This document shows, one piece after another, positions 31,319 through 38,937 of a DNA stretch of 64,000 nucleotides. Source of the DNA: Dehalococcoidia bacterium (GTDB lineage: Bacteria > Chloroflexota > Dehalococcoidia > Lucifugimonadales > Australimonadaceae); NCBI GenBank assembly GCA_963668465.1, contig OY764542.1, forward strand, positions 1,844,363 to 1,908,362. The letters run 5' to 3'. The notes under the pieces were generated by a model. It saw only the letters and a list, made by a program, of their open reading frames with translations, was not told the DNA's origin and did not search any database. Within the stretch, counting starts at the first letter, position 1, and each line of letters begins with the position of its first letter. A program made the position numbers and the translations under genes.

Positions 31319-31900
31319 TCAGCAGGAGAGCGCGATGAGCAGGCTGTTGCGGGTCTCCGCGCTCATGGGATGGATGAGTTCGCGGCGTTCCAGGTGAGTC
31401 CGGAGCGCGCCGTCCAGGAAGGCGAGGACGCCTTCGTGCAGGTTGCGGTCGGCGGCGGCGCGCACCTCGGGTTGGAAGGGGTACGCCTTCTGTTTCATAG
31501 GGTCGAGCTTGTCCGCGACCAAGACGACCTGCCCCACCGGTGCCAGGTCCGGGTGTGCGGTGGTGTGCCAGTGGACGCCCTCCAGCACCTCGGGGTCGCG
31601 TATCGCGCCGTCCTCGCGGAGCCACGCCGCACCGACCGGGCCGTGGAGCAGGATGGGGGCGGCGCGTTCGACGGCGTTGACCGGGATACCGAGGCGCTCA
31701 GCCTCCTCGATGAGCATCCGTCCGGGGATGTGGCGGGCTACGTCGTGGGCAGCGGCGGTGAGGTCGGCGATCATGGGATCGACGGCATGGGCCGTGGCGA
31801 GTTCGCGGGCTATGCCGCGGACGCGCTCGACGTGCGCGCGCAGGCCGTCCGGCAGGGCGTCGAGGCGGGCGGTGAGGGTTGGGGGGAGGTCAGCAGTCAT
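31319..31900 (-). CDS. HD-domain phosphohydrolase (YqeK-like)
   Basis: 'HVERV' and 'AAAHDVARH' form the H...HD motif, with 'LLHGPVGA'. Confidence 0.6.
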   Translation of the reverse strand: MTADLPPTLTARLDALPDGLRAHVERVRGIARELATAHAVDPMIADLTAAAHDVARHIPGRMLIEEAERLGIPVNAVERAAPILLHGPVGAAWLREDGAIRDPEVLEGVHWHTTAHPDLAPVGQVVLVADKLDPMKQKAYPFQPEVRAAADRNLHEGVLAFLDGALRTHLERRELIHPMSAETRNSLLIALSC

Positions 31901-31911
31901 GGCGGTCCTTC

Positions 31912-31952
31912 TTCACCCCCATCCTAACCTTCCCCCGTCAAGGCGGAAGGGA
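31912..31952 (+). repeat. GC-rich hairpin repeat, family 1
   Basis: 'ttcacccccatcctaaccttcccccgtcaaggcggaaggga', between the HD and HIT genes. Confidence 0.75.
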
Positions 31953-31957
31953 CCGAG

Positions 31958-32305
31958 TTAGCCCATGGGGCCGAGGCGGCGTCCGGCGAGGATGTGGAGG
32001 TGGAAGTGGGGGACCTCCTGGCCGGAGTCCGGGCCCTGGTTGGCGACGAGGCGGTAGCCGGCGCCGGTAACGCCGAGTTCGCGGGCTATGCCGGGGGCGG
32101 CTTCGAGGCAGTGCGCGGCAGCGCCGACGAGAGCGCCGTCCGCTTCGGCGAGAGCCTCGACGTGCTCGTGGGGGATGACGAGGATGTGCGTGGGGGCCTT
32201 GGGAGCGATGTCGCGTATGGCGAAGACCGTGCCATCGTCGAAGAGCTTCTCGGCGGGGATGTCGCCCTGCGCGATCTTGCAGAAGATGCAGTTGGGGTCA
32301 GCCAT
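31958..32305 (-). CDS. HIT-family nucleotide hydrolase (HinT-like)
   Basis: 'CIFCKI' and the histidine triad 'HFHLHIL'. Confidence 0.85.
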   Translation of the reverse strand: MADPNCIFCKIAQGDIPAEKLFDDGTVFAIRDIAPKAPTHILVIPHEHVEALAEADGALVGAAAHCLEAAPGIARELGVTGAGYRLVANQGPDSGQEVPHFHLHILAGRRLGPMG

Positions 32306-32380
32306 GGTGCCTCCGCGCGGCGGGCACCTGGGATGAGGGGCGCGCCGCCCGGTTACGCTCGGAAACGGTCAGCGGTGGGG

Positions 32381-32620
32381 TTAGTCGCCGACGGCGAGGC
32401 AGGTGACGGTGCGGACGATGCCGCCGATGGTGTGGACGCTGCCGGTGACGGTGTCGCCGACGGAGCTGAGATCGTCGGCCTGGACGACGCAGATGATGTC
32501 GTAGGGGCCGGTGACGACGTCGACGGACGTAACGCCTTCGACCGCGTGGAGGGCGCTGACGACGTCCTTGGTCTTGCCGACGGTGGTCTCGATGAGCACG
32601 AATGCTTTGGTGGCGGCCAT
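32381..32620 (-). CDS. Stand-alone Lrp/AsnC ligand-binding (RAM) domain protein
   Basis: RBS AAGGAG precedes ATG 32620. 'KAFVLIETTVGKTKDVVSAL'. The N-terminal 'MVSLSNH' extension in the track is encoded by repeat family 3. Confidence 0.65.
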   Translation of the reverse strand: MAATKAFVLIETTVGKTKDVVSALHAVEGVTSVDVVTGPYDIICVVQADDLSSVGDTVTGSVHTIGGIVRTVTCLAVGD

Positions 32621-32753
32621 GTATGTCTCCTTATGAGGTGCGCGCCGGTGAGCGGCAAAGGGATGATAGCAGTTGGGCAGTGCGCCGCAAGGTGGAAGGT
32701 GGTTCGACAGGCTCACCATGAGCGGGCTTCCAACCTCGGCAGGGTGCGGTTTG

Positions 32754-33158
32754 TCAGACCTCGGTTGCGACGCCGTTCATGACCGCGCCGAACTCTTCCG
32801 CGAGCCGCTCTCCGATGGGATGAGGGGCGTCGGCGGCGCTGAAGACGCCGGGGAGGTGGTAGAAGATGTTCCGCGCCATGTGATTCGTGTTGATGAAATA
32901 CACTGGCTTGTCCAGTGCGATCGCCATGCCGATCTCGACCAGTGAACCAGCGTAGAGCAGGTTCGGGTCCACGTTGACGAAGAGCAGGGCGTCCGCGTCC
33001 TTCACGCCATCCATGTCGTCTTTGGCTTCCACCGGCCCGCCGAAGGCCTTCGCCATCGTCCAGTCGTGGGTTATCTCATGGCCTGCGGCCTCGATGCAGC
33101 TTTGGGCCAGGCGCACCCGCTCCTTGTCCTCGAACTTTCCGGCAACGTAGAACTTCAT
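32754..33158 (-). CDS. Nucleoside 2-deoxyribosyltransferase-like protein
   Basis: RBS GGAGG precedes ATG 33158. It has a 'MKFYVAGKF' N-terminus and 'SLVEIGMAIALDKPV'. Confidence 0.5.
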   Translation of the reverse strand: MKFYVAGKFEDKERVRLAQSCIEAAGHEITHDWTMAKAFGGPVEAKDDMDGVKDADALLFVNVDPNLLYAGSLVEIGMAIALDKPVYFINTNHMARNIFYHLPGVFSAADAPHPIGERLAEEFGAVMNGVATEV

Positions 33159-33261
33159 CGGGCCTCCGTGGGGCGTAACGCGAGCGCCAGTAACGCGCCC
33201 GTTCATTCTATTCGGTGGGGTGGGTGTCCGGGGAAGGGGCGCGTGTCACTGATTCCGGGCC

Positions 33262-33301
33262 TCACCCCCTTCCTAACCTTCCCCCATCGAGGGGGAAGGG
33301 A
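33262..33301 (+). repeat. GC-rich hairpin repeat, family 1
   Basis: 'tcacccccttcctaaccttcccccatcgagggggaaggga'. Confidence 0.8.
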
Positions 33302-33334
33302 TCAGGCACCTCCCCCTTCCTCCTCCCTCCCAGT

Positions 33335-33375
33335 ACCCTCACCCTAGCCCTCTCCCTTTGTAGGGAGAGGGGATC
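33335..33375 (-). repeat. GC-rich hairpin repeat, family 2 (core ccctctccc-N6-gggagaggg plus ggtgagggt arm)
   Basis: Reverse-orientation copy of the elements at 55616-55658 and 56768-56811. Confidence 0.75.
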
Positions 33376-33381
33376 AAGGGG

Positions 33382-34338
33382 TCACGCCGATGTCGCCAGG
33401 CTGGAGAGCAGGGCGAGCGTGCGTTCGCGAGAGGCGGCGGCGTCCGGTCCGGCGGCAACGATGGAGACGATGATCTCGCTCGCGCCGAAGTCGAAGAGTT
33501 CGGTGACGCGCTCGGAGACGCGCTCCTCGCTGCCGGAGAGGACGACGGACTCGACCATGCCGTCGCTCCAGCCTTCGAGCTGCGCGGCCTCGGGGTAGCC
33601 AGCCTCGGCGAACATCGCCTGGTAGAAGGGCATGCGCGGGTAGTTGGCAAGCTGCTCACGAGCGGCGGCGCGGACCTCGTCGGGGTCGTCGTGGACGCAC
33701 ATCGGCGCGTGGACGATGAGCGGCGGGCACGGACGTCCCGCGCGCTCGGCCCCGCGCTGCAGCGCCGGGAGGGCGACGTCGCGCAGGTAGACGCCGGGCG
33801 ACACCCAGCTGATCGCGCCGTCGGCGACTTCGCCGCACAGTTCGTACGACTTCGGGCGCAACGCGGAGGCCATCACGGGCACGTCCGGCACGGGCGCGGG
33901 GAGGCTGACGTTCGCGCGGTAGATGCTGCCCTCGAACTCGACGGCACCGGTGTGCAGCAGCGTGCGCGTGACGGTGAGGTACTCGCGGAGCGCGGTGAGC
34001 GGCGTGCGGTAGTCGGCACCGAAAACGGTGGTCATGGGGCGGATGTGGCTGGGCCCGATGCCGAACCGGAACCGGTTGCCCGAGAGCTGGGCCGCGACCT
34101 GCACCTGCTGCGCCGCGGCGACGGGATGCCGCCCCCACGTCGGAACGATGCAGGTGCCGAGCAGGATGCGCTCCGTGCGGGCTCCGGCGGCGGCCATGAG
34201 CGTGATGCCGTCCAGGCTCGCACCGCCGACGGTGAGCCAGGCGGCGTCGATGCCGCGTTCCTCGCTGTCCTCGATACGTGCGAGCACCGCGTTGCTGTCG
34301 CCGCCCATGACGGCAAGGCCGATGGTTCCTGCGCCCAT
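33382..34338 (-). CDS. Luciferase-like monooxygenase (LLM) family, F420-dependent-type oxidoreductase
   Basis: A 318-aa ORF with 'GIDAAWL', 'LGTCIVP' and 'RFRFGIGPSH', typical of LLM TIM barrels. Confidence 0.7.
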   Translation of the reverse strand: MGAGTIGLAVMGGDSNAVLARIEDSEERGIDAAWLTVGGASLDGITLMAAAGARTERILLGTCIVPTWGRHPVAAAQQVQVAAQLSGNRFRFGIGPSHIRPMTTVFGADYRTPLTALREYLTVTRTLLHTGAVEFEGSIYRANVSLPAPVPDVPVMASALRPKSYELCGEVADGAISWVSPGVYLRDVALPALQRGAERAGRPCPPLIVHAPMCVHDDPDEVRAAAREQLANYPRMPFYQAMFAEAGYPEAAQLEGWSDGMVESVVLSGSEERVSERVTELFDFGASEIIVSIVAAGPDAAASRERTLALLSSLATSA

Positions 34339-34396
34339 GCGTGTTCCTCCGTTCAGTCGAATGTTGTGCGGGGGAGAGTGTAACCGCTCGCGCGGA

Positions 34397-35209
34397 CTAC
34401 GAGGAGCGCCGGCGGAGCCTGCGCCAGCCCATGGAGGCGACGAGCATGGCTACCGCGACGAGCACGATGGCCCCCCCGCCCGGGATGTCCTGGTAGAAGG
34501 CGATCGTGAGGCCGGTAACCGCGCTGAACATCCCCACGAGCGACGCGACGATGAAGGCGGTGCGCAGGCTGTTGGTGACGCCCTGCCCTACGAGGACGGG
34601 TATGACGATGAGCGCGCCGACGAGCAGGACGCCCATGATCCGCATGGCGAGGGTGATGGTGGCCGCGGCGAGCACCGCCAGGCCGAGGTTGACCCAGTCC
34701 ACCTTGATGCCGGAGACGCGGGCGAGCGCGTCGTCGAACGAGGCCTGCGCGAGTTCCGTGAAGAATGCGGTTACGCCGATAACGACGAAGACCGCCAGTC
34801 CTGCCAGGAGCCAGAGGTCCACCTCCGTGATGGTGAGGATGGAGCCGAACAGGAACCCGAGCAGGTCCACGTTGAATCCCTGCGCGGCGCTGATGACGAC
34901 GACCGCCGCGGCGAGCGAGGAGTAGAGCGCGACCGCGAGGACGGCGTCGCCGGGGAGCCTGCCGCGCGAGCGCAGCACTTCCATGACAACCGCGGCGATG
35001 GTGACGGCGATGAACGTGGTGAGTGTCGGGTAGACGTTTATCGCGAAGCCGACAGCAACGCCGAACAGGGCGACATGCGCGAGCGTGTCGGAGAGCAGGG
35101 AGAAGCGGCGCAGCACGAGGAACGTGCCGAGCACGGGCGCGAGGCCGCCGACGAGGAGGCCCCCGATAAGCGCCCGGATCATGAACTCGTATTGCAGTAT
35201 GGCAGGCAT
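34397..35209 (-). CDS. znuB: Metal (zinc-type) ABC transporter permease
   Basis: The start at ATG 35209 'MPAILQYEFMIRAL' lies 5 nt downstream of the ATPase stop (35214). The protein is hydrophobic throughout. The track start at 35350 was rejected. Confidence 0.8.
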   Translation of the reverse strand: MPAILQYEFMIRALIGGLLVGGLAPVLGTFLVLRRFSLLSDTLAHVALFGVAVGFAINVYPTLTTFIAVTIAAVVMEVLRSRGRLPGDAVLAVALYSSLAAAVVVISAAQGFNVDLLGFLFGSILTITEVDLWLLAGLAVFVVIGVTAFFTELAQASFDDALARVSGIKVDWVNLGLAVLAAATITLAMRIMGVLLVGALIVIPVLVGQGVTNSLRTAFIVASLVGMFSAVTGLTIAFYQDIPGGGAIVLVAVAMLVASMGWRRLRRRSS

Positions 35210-35213
35210 GGGA

Positions 35214-36041
35214 TCAGTGCCGGTGTACGTGCGGCGTGACCTGGTCGAACTCGTCGTGGCGGACAGCCTCTTCGCCGTGCGCGTGGTGGTCGTGATGCCG
35301 GCCGTGGTGCAGCACTTCCACGGGGAAGCCGTACAGCTGCACGAGGTCATCCTCGGTCAATTCGTGCGGCGGGCAGTGGCAGAGCAGCGTGCAGTTCATG
35401 CATGCAACGGTCCCGGCCTCGCGCATGACCGCGCCCATGTCGTGGGAGATGATGAGGATAGTGACCCCTTGCGCGCGAAGCTGGCGGAGCAGCATGTACA
35501 GCTCTTCCCCGCCCTGGACGTCCACGCCAGCTATCGGCTCGTCCATCACGAGCAGGTCCGGCTTGCGGATGAGGGCGCGGGCGATGAGAGCCCGCTGCTG
35601 CTGGCCGGTGGAGAGCTCGCCGATGCGCTGGCGCTTGAAGTCCGCCATGTCGACCATCTGCAGCGCGCCGTCCACGTCCGCGCCGTTCCCCCGGCGCCAG
35701 AAATCGAACGGCGAGAAGCCGGAATACCGTCCGTGCGCGACCACCTCGCTGACCGTGATGGGGAACATCGCATGGATGCCGGTGGCGACCTGCGGGACGT
35801 AGCCGATGCGGCGCCAGTCCTTGAACTGCTCGATATCGGTGCCGAACACGCGCACCTTTCCGCTGTCCGGCTTGATCAGTCCGAGGATGATCTTGAGGAG
35901 CGTGCTCTTGCCGCTGCCGTTGGGACCGACGATCGCGGTGAAATCGCCTTGCTCGATGCGCAGCGTCACGCCGTGCACCGCGGGAGCGCCCGCGTAGGTG
36001 AAGGAGACGTCTTCGAGTTCAACTGCCGGTGTGTCGTCCAT
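35214..36041 (-). CDS. znuC: Metal (zinc-type) ABC transporter ATP-binding protein with His-rich C-terminal tail
   Basis: 'GPNGSGKST', 'LSTGQQQR', 'LLVMDEP' and the tail 'HHGRHHDHHAHGEE...HVHRH'. Confidence 0.85.
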   Translation of the reverse strand: MDDTPAVELEDVSFTYAGAPAVHGVTLRIEQGDFTAIVGPNGSGKSTLLKIILGLIKPDSGKVRVFGTDIEQFKDWRRIGYVPQVATGIHAMFPITVSEVVAHGRYSGFSPFDFWRRGNGADVDGALQMVDMADFKRQRIGELSTGQQQRALIARALIRKPDLLVMDEPIAGVDVQGGEELYMLLRQLRAQGVTILIISHDMGAVMREAGTVACMNCTLLCHCPPHELTEDDLVQLYGFPVEVLHHGRHHDHHAHGEEAVRHDEFDQVTPHVHRH

Positions 36042-36127
36042 ATCCGTTCTCCTTCAGTAGCCCCGGCAGGATGAGGCGGGGTCGCGCCGGGAGGATGGCG
36101 CGTCCCCGCCTGCAGGTGCCTGTTCGG

Positions 36128-37330
36128 TTACGAGCAGTCCATCGCAGCGCGGAGGCTGTTCAGGTTGTCGCGCATCATGCCGAAGTAGTCGCCGTACTCG
36201 GCCAGTTCGTCCAGGGTTATGCCGTCCATCGGGTGGATCTGGTAGATGCCTGCGCCGGTCTCGTCGGCGAGCACCTGCTCGTTGGAGCCGGAGAGCACAG
36301 GCTCAACCAGCACGGCTTCGATGCCGAGGTCCTTGATGCGGTCTGCGATGCCGGCGAGACGCTGGGGAGAAGGATCGAAGCCGGGCGAGAGGCCGGAGAC
36401 GCTCACCTGCTCCAGGTCGTAGGCCAGCGCGAGGTAGCCGTAGGCCGAGTGCGACGTGACGAACTCGCGGTGGGTGCAGGAGCTGAGGCCTGCCTCGAAC
36501 TCGGCATGTAGCGCCCGGAGTTCGGACGAGAGTGTCGCGAGGTTCGCCCGGTAGACGTCGGCGCCGACGGGGTCGGCCTCGATCAGCGCGTCAGCGATGC
36601 GCTCTGCCTGGGTGATAGCGCGCAGCGGGTCGAGCCAGAAGTGAGGGTCGAGCTCGCCGTGGCCGTGGTCGCCCTCCTCGTCGCCATGGTCCTCACCCTC
36701 CTCCTCGTCGTGGTCTTCGCCTTCCTCTTCCTCCTCGTCGCCGTGGTCTTCACCTTCCTCTTCCTCTTCCTCATCGCCGTGGTGGTCCTCTTCCTCTTCC
36801 TCCTCTTCTTCCTCGTCACCGTGGTCTTCGCCCTCGTCCTCGTCTTCGTCGCCGTGATCCTCACCCTCCTCCTCGTCGTGGTCTTCCCCTTCCTCCGCCT
36901 CGTGGTCCTCGAACTCGAGCGCTGCATCGGCATCGGCGGCCTCGACGACGATGCCGGAGACGTCATCGCCCAGGGATTCGAGCGCGCGCTCCAGCCACGG
37001 CTCCAGTTCGACGCCGTTCATCGCGATGATGTCGGCCTCACCGATCATGACGAGGTCCCTTGCCGTGAGCTCGAAGGTGTGGCCTTCCGCGCCGGGCGGC
37101 ACGAGGGGCGTCACTTCCACACGGTCGCCGCCGACACGCTCGGCGAAGTACTGCATCGGGTAGATGCTCGCGACCACGAGCAGCGGCTCTGAGGCGGTGA
37201 CCGGTGTGTTCGTGGGCGGAGCACTGACGGGCGTGTTCGTGGGCTCGGGGTCCCCCGAGCAGGCAACGATCGCCATGGCCAGGACTCCGGCGGTGAGCAG
37301 CTTGTACGACGTACTGAGATTAAGTCTCAT
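36128..37330 (-). CDS. znuA: Metal (zinc-type) ABC transporter substrate-binding lipoprotein with about 90-aa acidic/His loop
   Basis: Lipobox 'IVAC' and a TroA/ZnuA-like fold. The loop 36640-36910 encodes repeats of 'GEDHGDEEEEE'. Confidence 0.8.
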   Translation of the reverse strand: MRLNLSTSYKLLTAGVLAMAIVACSGDPEPTNTPVSAPPTNTPVTASEPLLVVASIYPMQYFAERVGGDRVEVTPLVPPGAEGHTFELTARDLVMIGEADIIAMNGVELEPWLERALESLGDDVSGIVVEAADADAALEFEDHEAEEGEDHDEEEGEDHGDEDEDEGEDHGDEEEEEEEEEDHHGDEEEEEEGEDHGDEEEEEGEDHDEEEGEDHGDEEGDHGHGELDPHFWLDPLRAITQAERIADALIEADPVGADVYRANLATLSSELRALHAEFEAGLSSCTHREFVTSHSAYGYLALAYDLEQVSVSGLSPGFDPSPQRLAGIADRIKDLGIEAVLVEPVLSGSNEQVLADETGAGIYQIHPMDGITLDELAEYGDYFGMMRDNLNSLRAAMDCS

Positions 37331-37362
37331 CTAATGGTCCTCCATCAACTATCCGTTGGGTT

Positions 37363-37863
37363 TCAGTGTGCGTGCACGTGGGTCCCGTGCATGTGGATGT
37401 CCTCGCCGCCATCGCCGCTTGCCCGGCAGGCTGCGCAGCGGTGGTACAGCTCCAGCCGGTGTCCGATGAGTTCGCTTCCCACGTGGGCCTTCATGGCGCG
37501 GAGCATGCGTTCGACCGAGGGGTGGCGGAATTCGTCTATGCGTCCGCAGGCGACGCAGACGAGGTGATGGTGGTGGTGTGCGTCGTCCAGCGAATAGCGG
37601 GGCGAGCCATCCGGCATGGCGGTCTTGCAGAGGATTCCGACCTCAACGAGCAGGCGCAGCGTGCGGTAGATGGTCGCGCGGCCCAGGCTGGGCAGCTCTG
37701 CGACGATCTCCTCGGCGCTGAACGAGTCCGTCCGGCGAGCGAGCATCGCAGCAAGTTGGCGGCGCGGCCAGGTCATCCGGCTGCCGTGCTCCTCCAACGC
37801 TGCGAGGATGTTGGACTCCGTCTGAGTGGCCGCATTCGCCGTTTTGGCAGTGAGCGTCGTCAT
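37363..37863 (-). CDS. Fur-family metalloregulator (Zur-like) with His-rich C-terminal tail
   Basis: 'GRATIYRTL' HTH, 'HHHHHLVCVACG', 'CAAC' and the tail 'HMHGTHVHAH'. It heads the znuACB genes. Confidence 0.75.
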   Translation of the reverse strand: MTTLTAKTANAATQTESNILAALEEHGSRMTWPRRQLAAMLARRTDSFSAEEIVAELPSLGRATIYRTLRLLVEVGILCKTAMPDGSPRYSLDDAHHHHHLVCVACGRIDEFRHPSVERMLRAMKAHVGSELIGHRLELYHRCAACRASGDGGEDIHMHGTHVHAH

Positions 37864-37899
37864 GGCTAGCACAGTAACGGGGCCTGCACACGTTGTCAA

Positions 37900-37955
37900 T
37901 ACTTTGTATCAATAGCAGCAGCAACTGATACTTCACTACGAGTGAATTGATACAC
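37900..37955 (-). promoter_or_regulatory. AT-rich promoter/operator region with GTATCAAT / ACTGATAC / ATTGATAC repeats (candidate Zur box)
   Basis: GTATCAAT at 37906-37913 is the inverted partner of ATTGATAC at 37946-37953. A third half-site is at 37924-37931. The patch is conspicuously AT-rich in a GC-rich genome. Confidence 0.4.
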
Positions 37956-37996
37956 ACCGGGGGTGCATCCGAAGCCCGCTGCGGGGCCAGCAGCGG

Positions 37997-38629
37997 CTAA
38001 AAGTCCTGGCGCCCCTCGAACGCCCGCGTTAGCGTGAGGTCGTCGGCATATTCGAGGTCGCCGCCGACGGGGAGGCCACGCGCGAGGCGAGTCACGCGAG
38101 GCCCGAGCGGTACCAGCAGCTGGTGCAGGTACATCGCGGTAGCCTCGCCCTCGACTGTGGGGTTCGTGGCGATGACGACCTCGCTGACCGGCTCCTCGCC
38201 GATGCGGCGCAGGAGTTCCCGTATGCGCAAGTCGTCCGGTCCGACGTTGCCCATGGGGTCTATGAGCCCGTGCAGGACGTGGTAGAGGCCGCGGAATACG
38301 CCGGTGCGCTCCAGCGCGAGCACGTCCAGCGGCTCCTGTACGACGCAGAGGCGCGTCTGGTCGCGGGCCGGGTCGGAGCAGATGCCGCACACGTCGAGTT
38401 CGGTGATGTTCTGGCAGCGGGAGCAGAAGCCGAGCGAGTCCTTGACCGCGCCGATGGCGTCGGCCAATTGGCGCGCCTCACGCTCCGGCATGCGGATGAG
38501 GTAGTAGGCGAGCCGTTGGGCGGACTTGGGGCCGATGCCGGGCAGTTTGTGGAGCTGTTCGATGAGCCGGGCGACGGGTGGCGCGAGCGCAGGGCCGCCG
38601 CCATAGCCGCCCTGGGGGGACGAGGTCAT
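37997..38629 (-). CDS. recR: Recombination protein RecR
   Basis: Zn finger 'CSRCQNITELDVCGIC' and the Toprim region 'LCVVQEPLDV'. Confidence 0.9.
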   Translation of the reverse strand: MTSSPQGGYGGGPALAPPVARLIEQLHKLPGIGPKSAQRLAYYLIRMPEREARQLADAIGAVKDSLGFCSRCQNITELDVCGICSDPARDQTRLCVVQEPLDVLALERTGVFRGLYHVLHGLIDPMGNVGPDDLRIRELLRRIGEEPVSEVVIATNPTVEGEATAMYLHQLLVPLGPRVTRLARGLPVGGDLEYADDLTLTRAFEGRQDF

Positions 38630-38634
38630 GTGCG

Positions 38635-38937
38635 CTACATCCCCGGTATCTTCAGTCCGCCGGTGAGCGCGCCGAGCCGCTCTGCCGCGAGCGCCTGGGA
38701 CTTCGCAAGCGCCTCATTCACCGCCGCGAGCACCATGTCCTGCAGCAGCTCGACGTCGTCCGGATCCACGGCGCCGGGGTCGATGGTGACGGACTGGATA
38801 GTCTGCTTGCCCGTGGCGACGGCCTTAACGGCCCCTCCGCCGGCAGAAGCCTCGACGGTCTCGTTCTCCAGGTCCTCCTGCGCCTTCATGAGGCGCGCCT
38901 GGAGCTGCTGGGCCTGCTTGATCATGTTCCTATTCAT
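38635..38937 (-). CDS. ybaB: Nucleoid-associated protein YbaB/EbfC
   Basis: 'MIKQAQQLQARLMKAQEDL...GGGAVKAVATG'. The start at ATG 38937 overlaps the dnaX stop. Confidence 0.85.
   Translation of the reverse strand: MNRNMIKQAQQLQARLMKAQEDLENETVEASAGGGAVKAVATGKQTIQSVTIDPGAVDPDDVELLQDMVLAAVNEALAKSQALAAERLGALTGGLKIPGM

Noticed and set aside
24245-31320. Integrated prophage or genomic island at tRNA-Pro (TerL-like and TerS-like genes, operator arrays, cargo oxidoreductases)
   Set aside because: I found no integrase or recombinase, no direct repeat of the tRNA-Pro 3' end anywhere up to 31320, and no structural phage genes. There is no obvious compositional break. The phage-like pieces are reported individually, but an island call is not supported.
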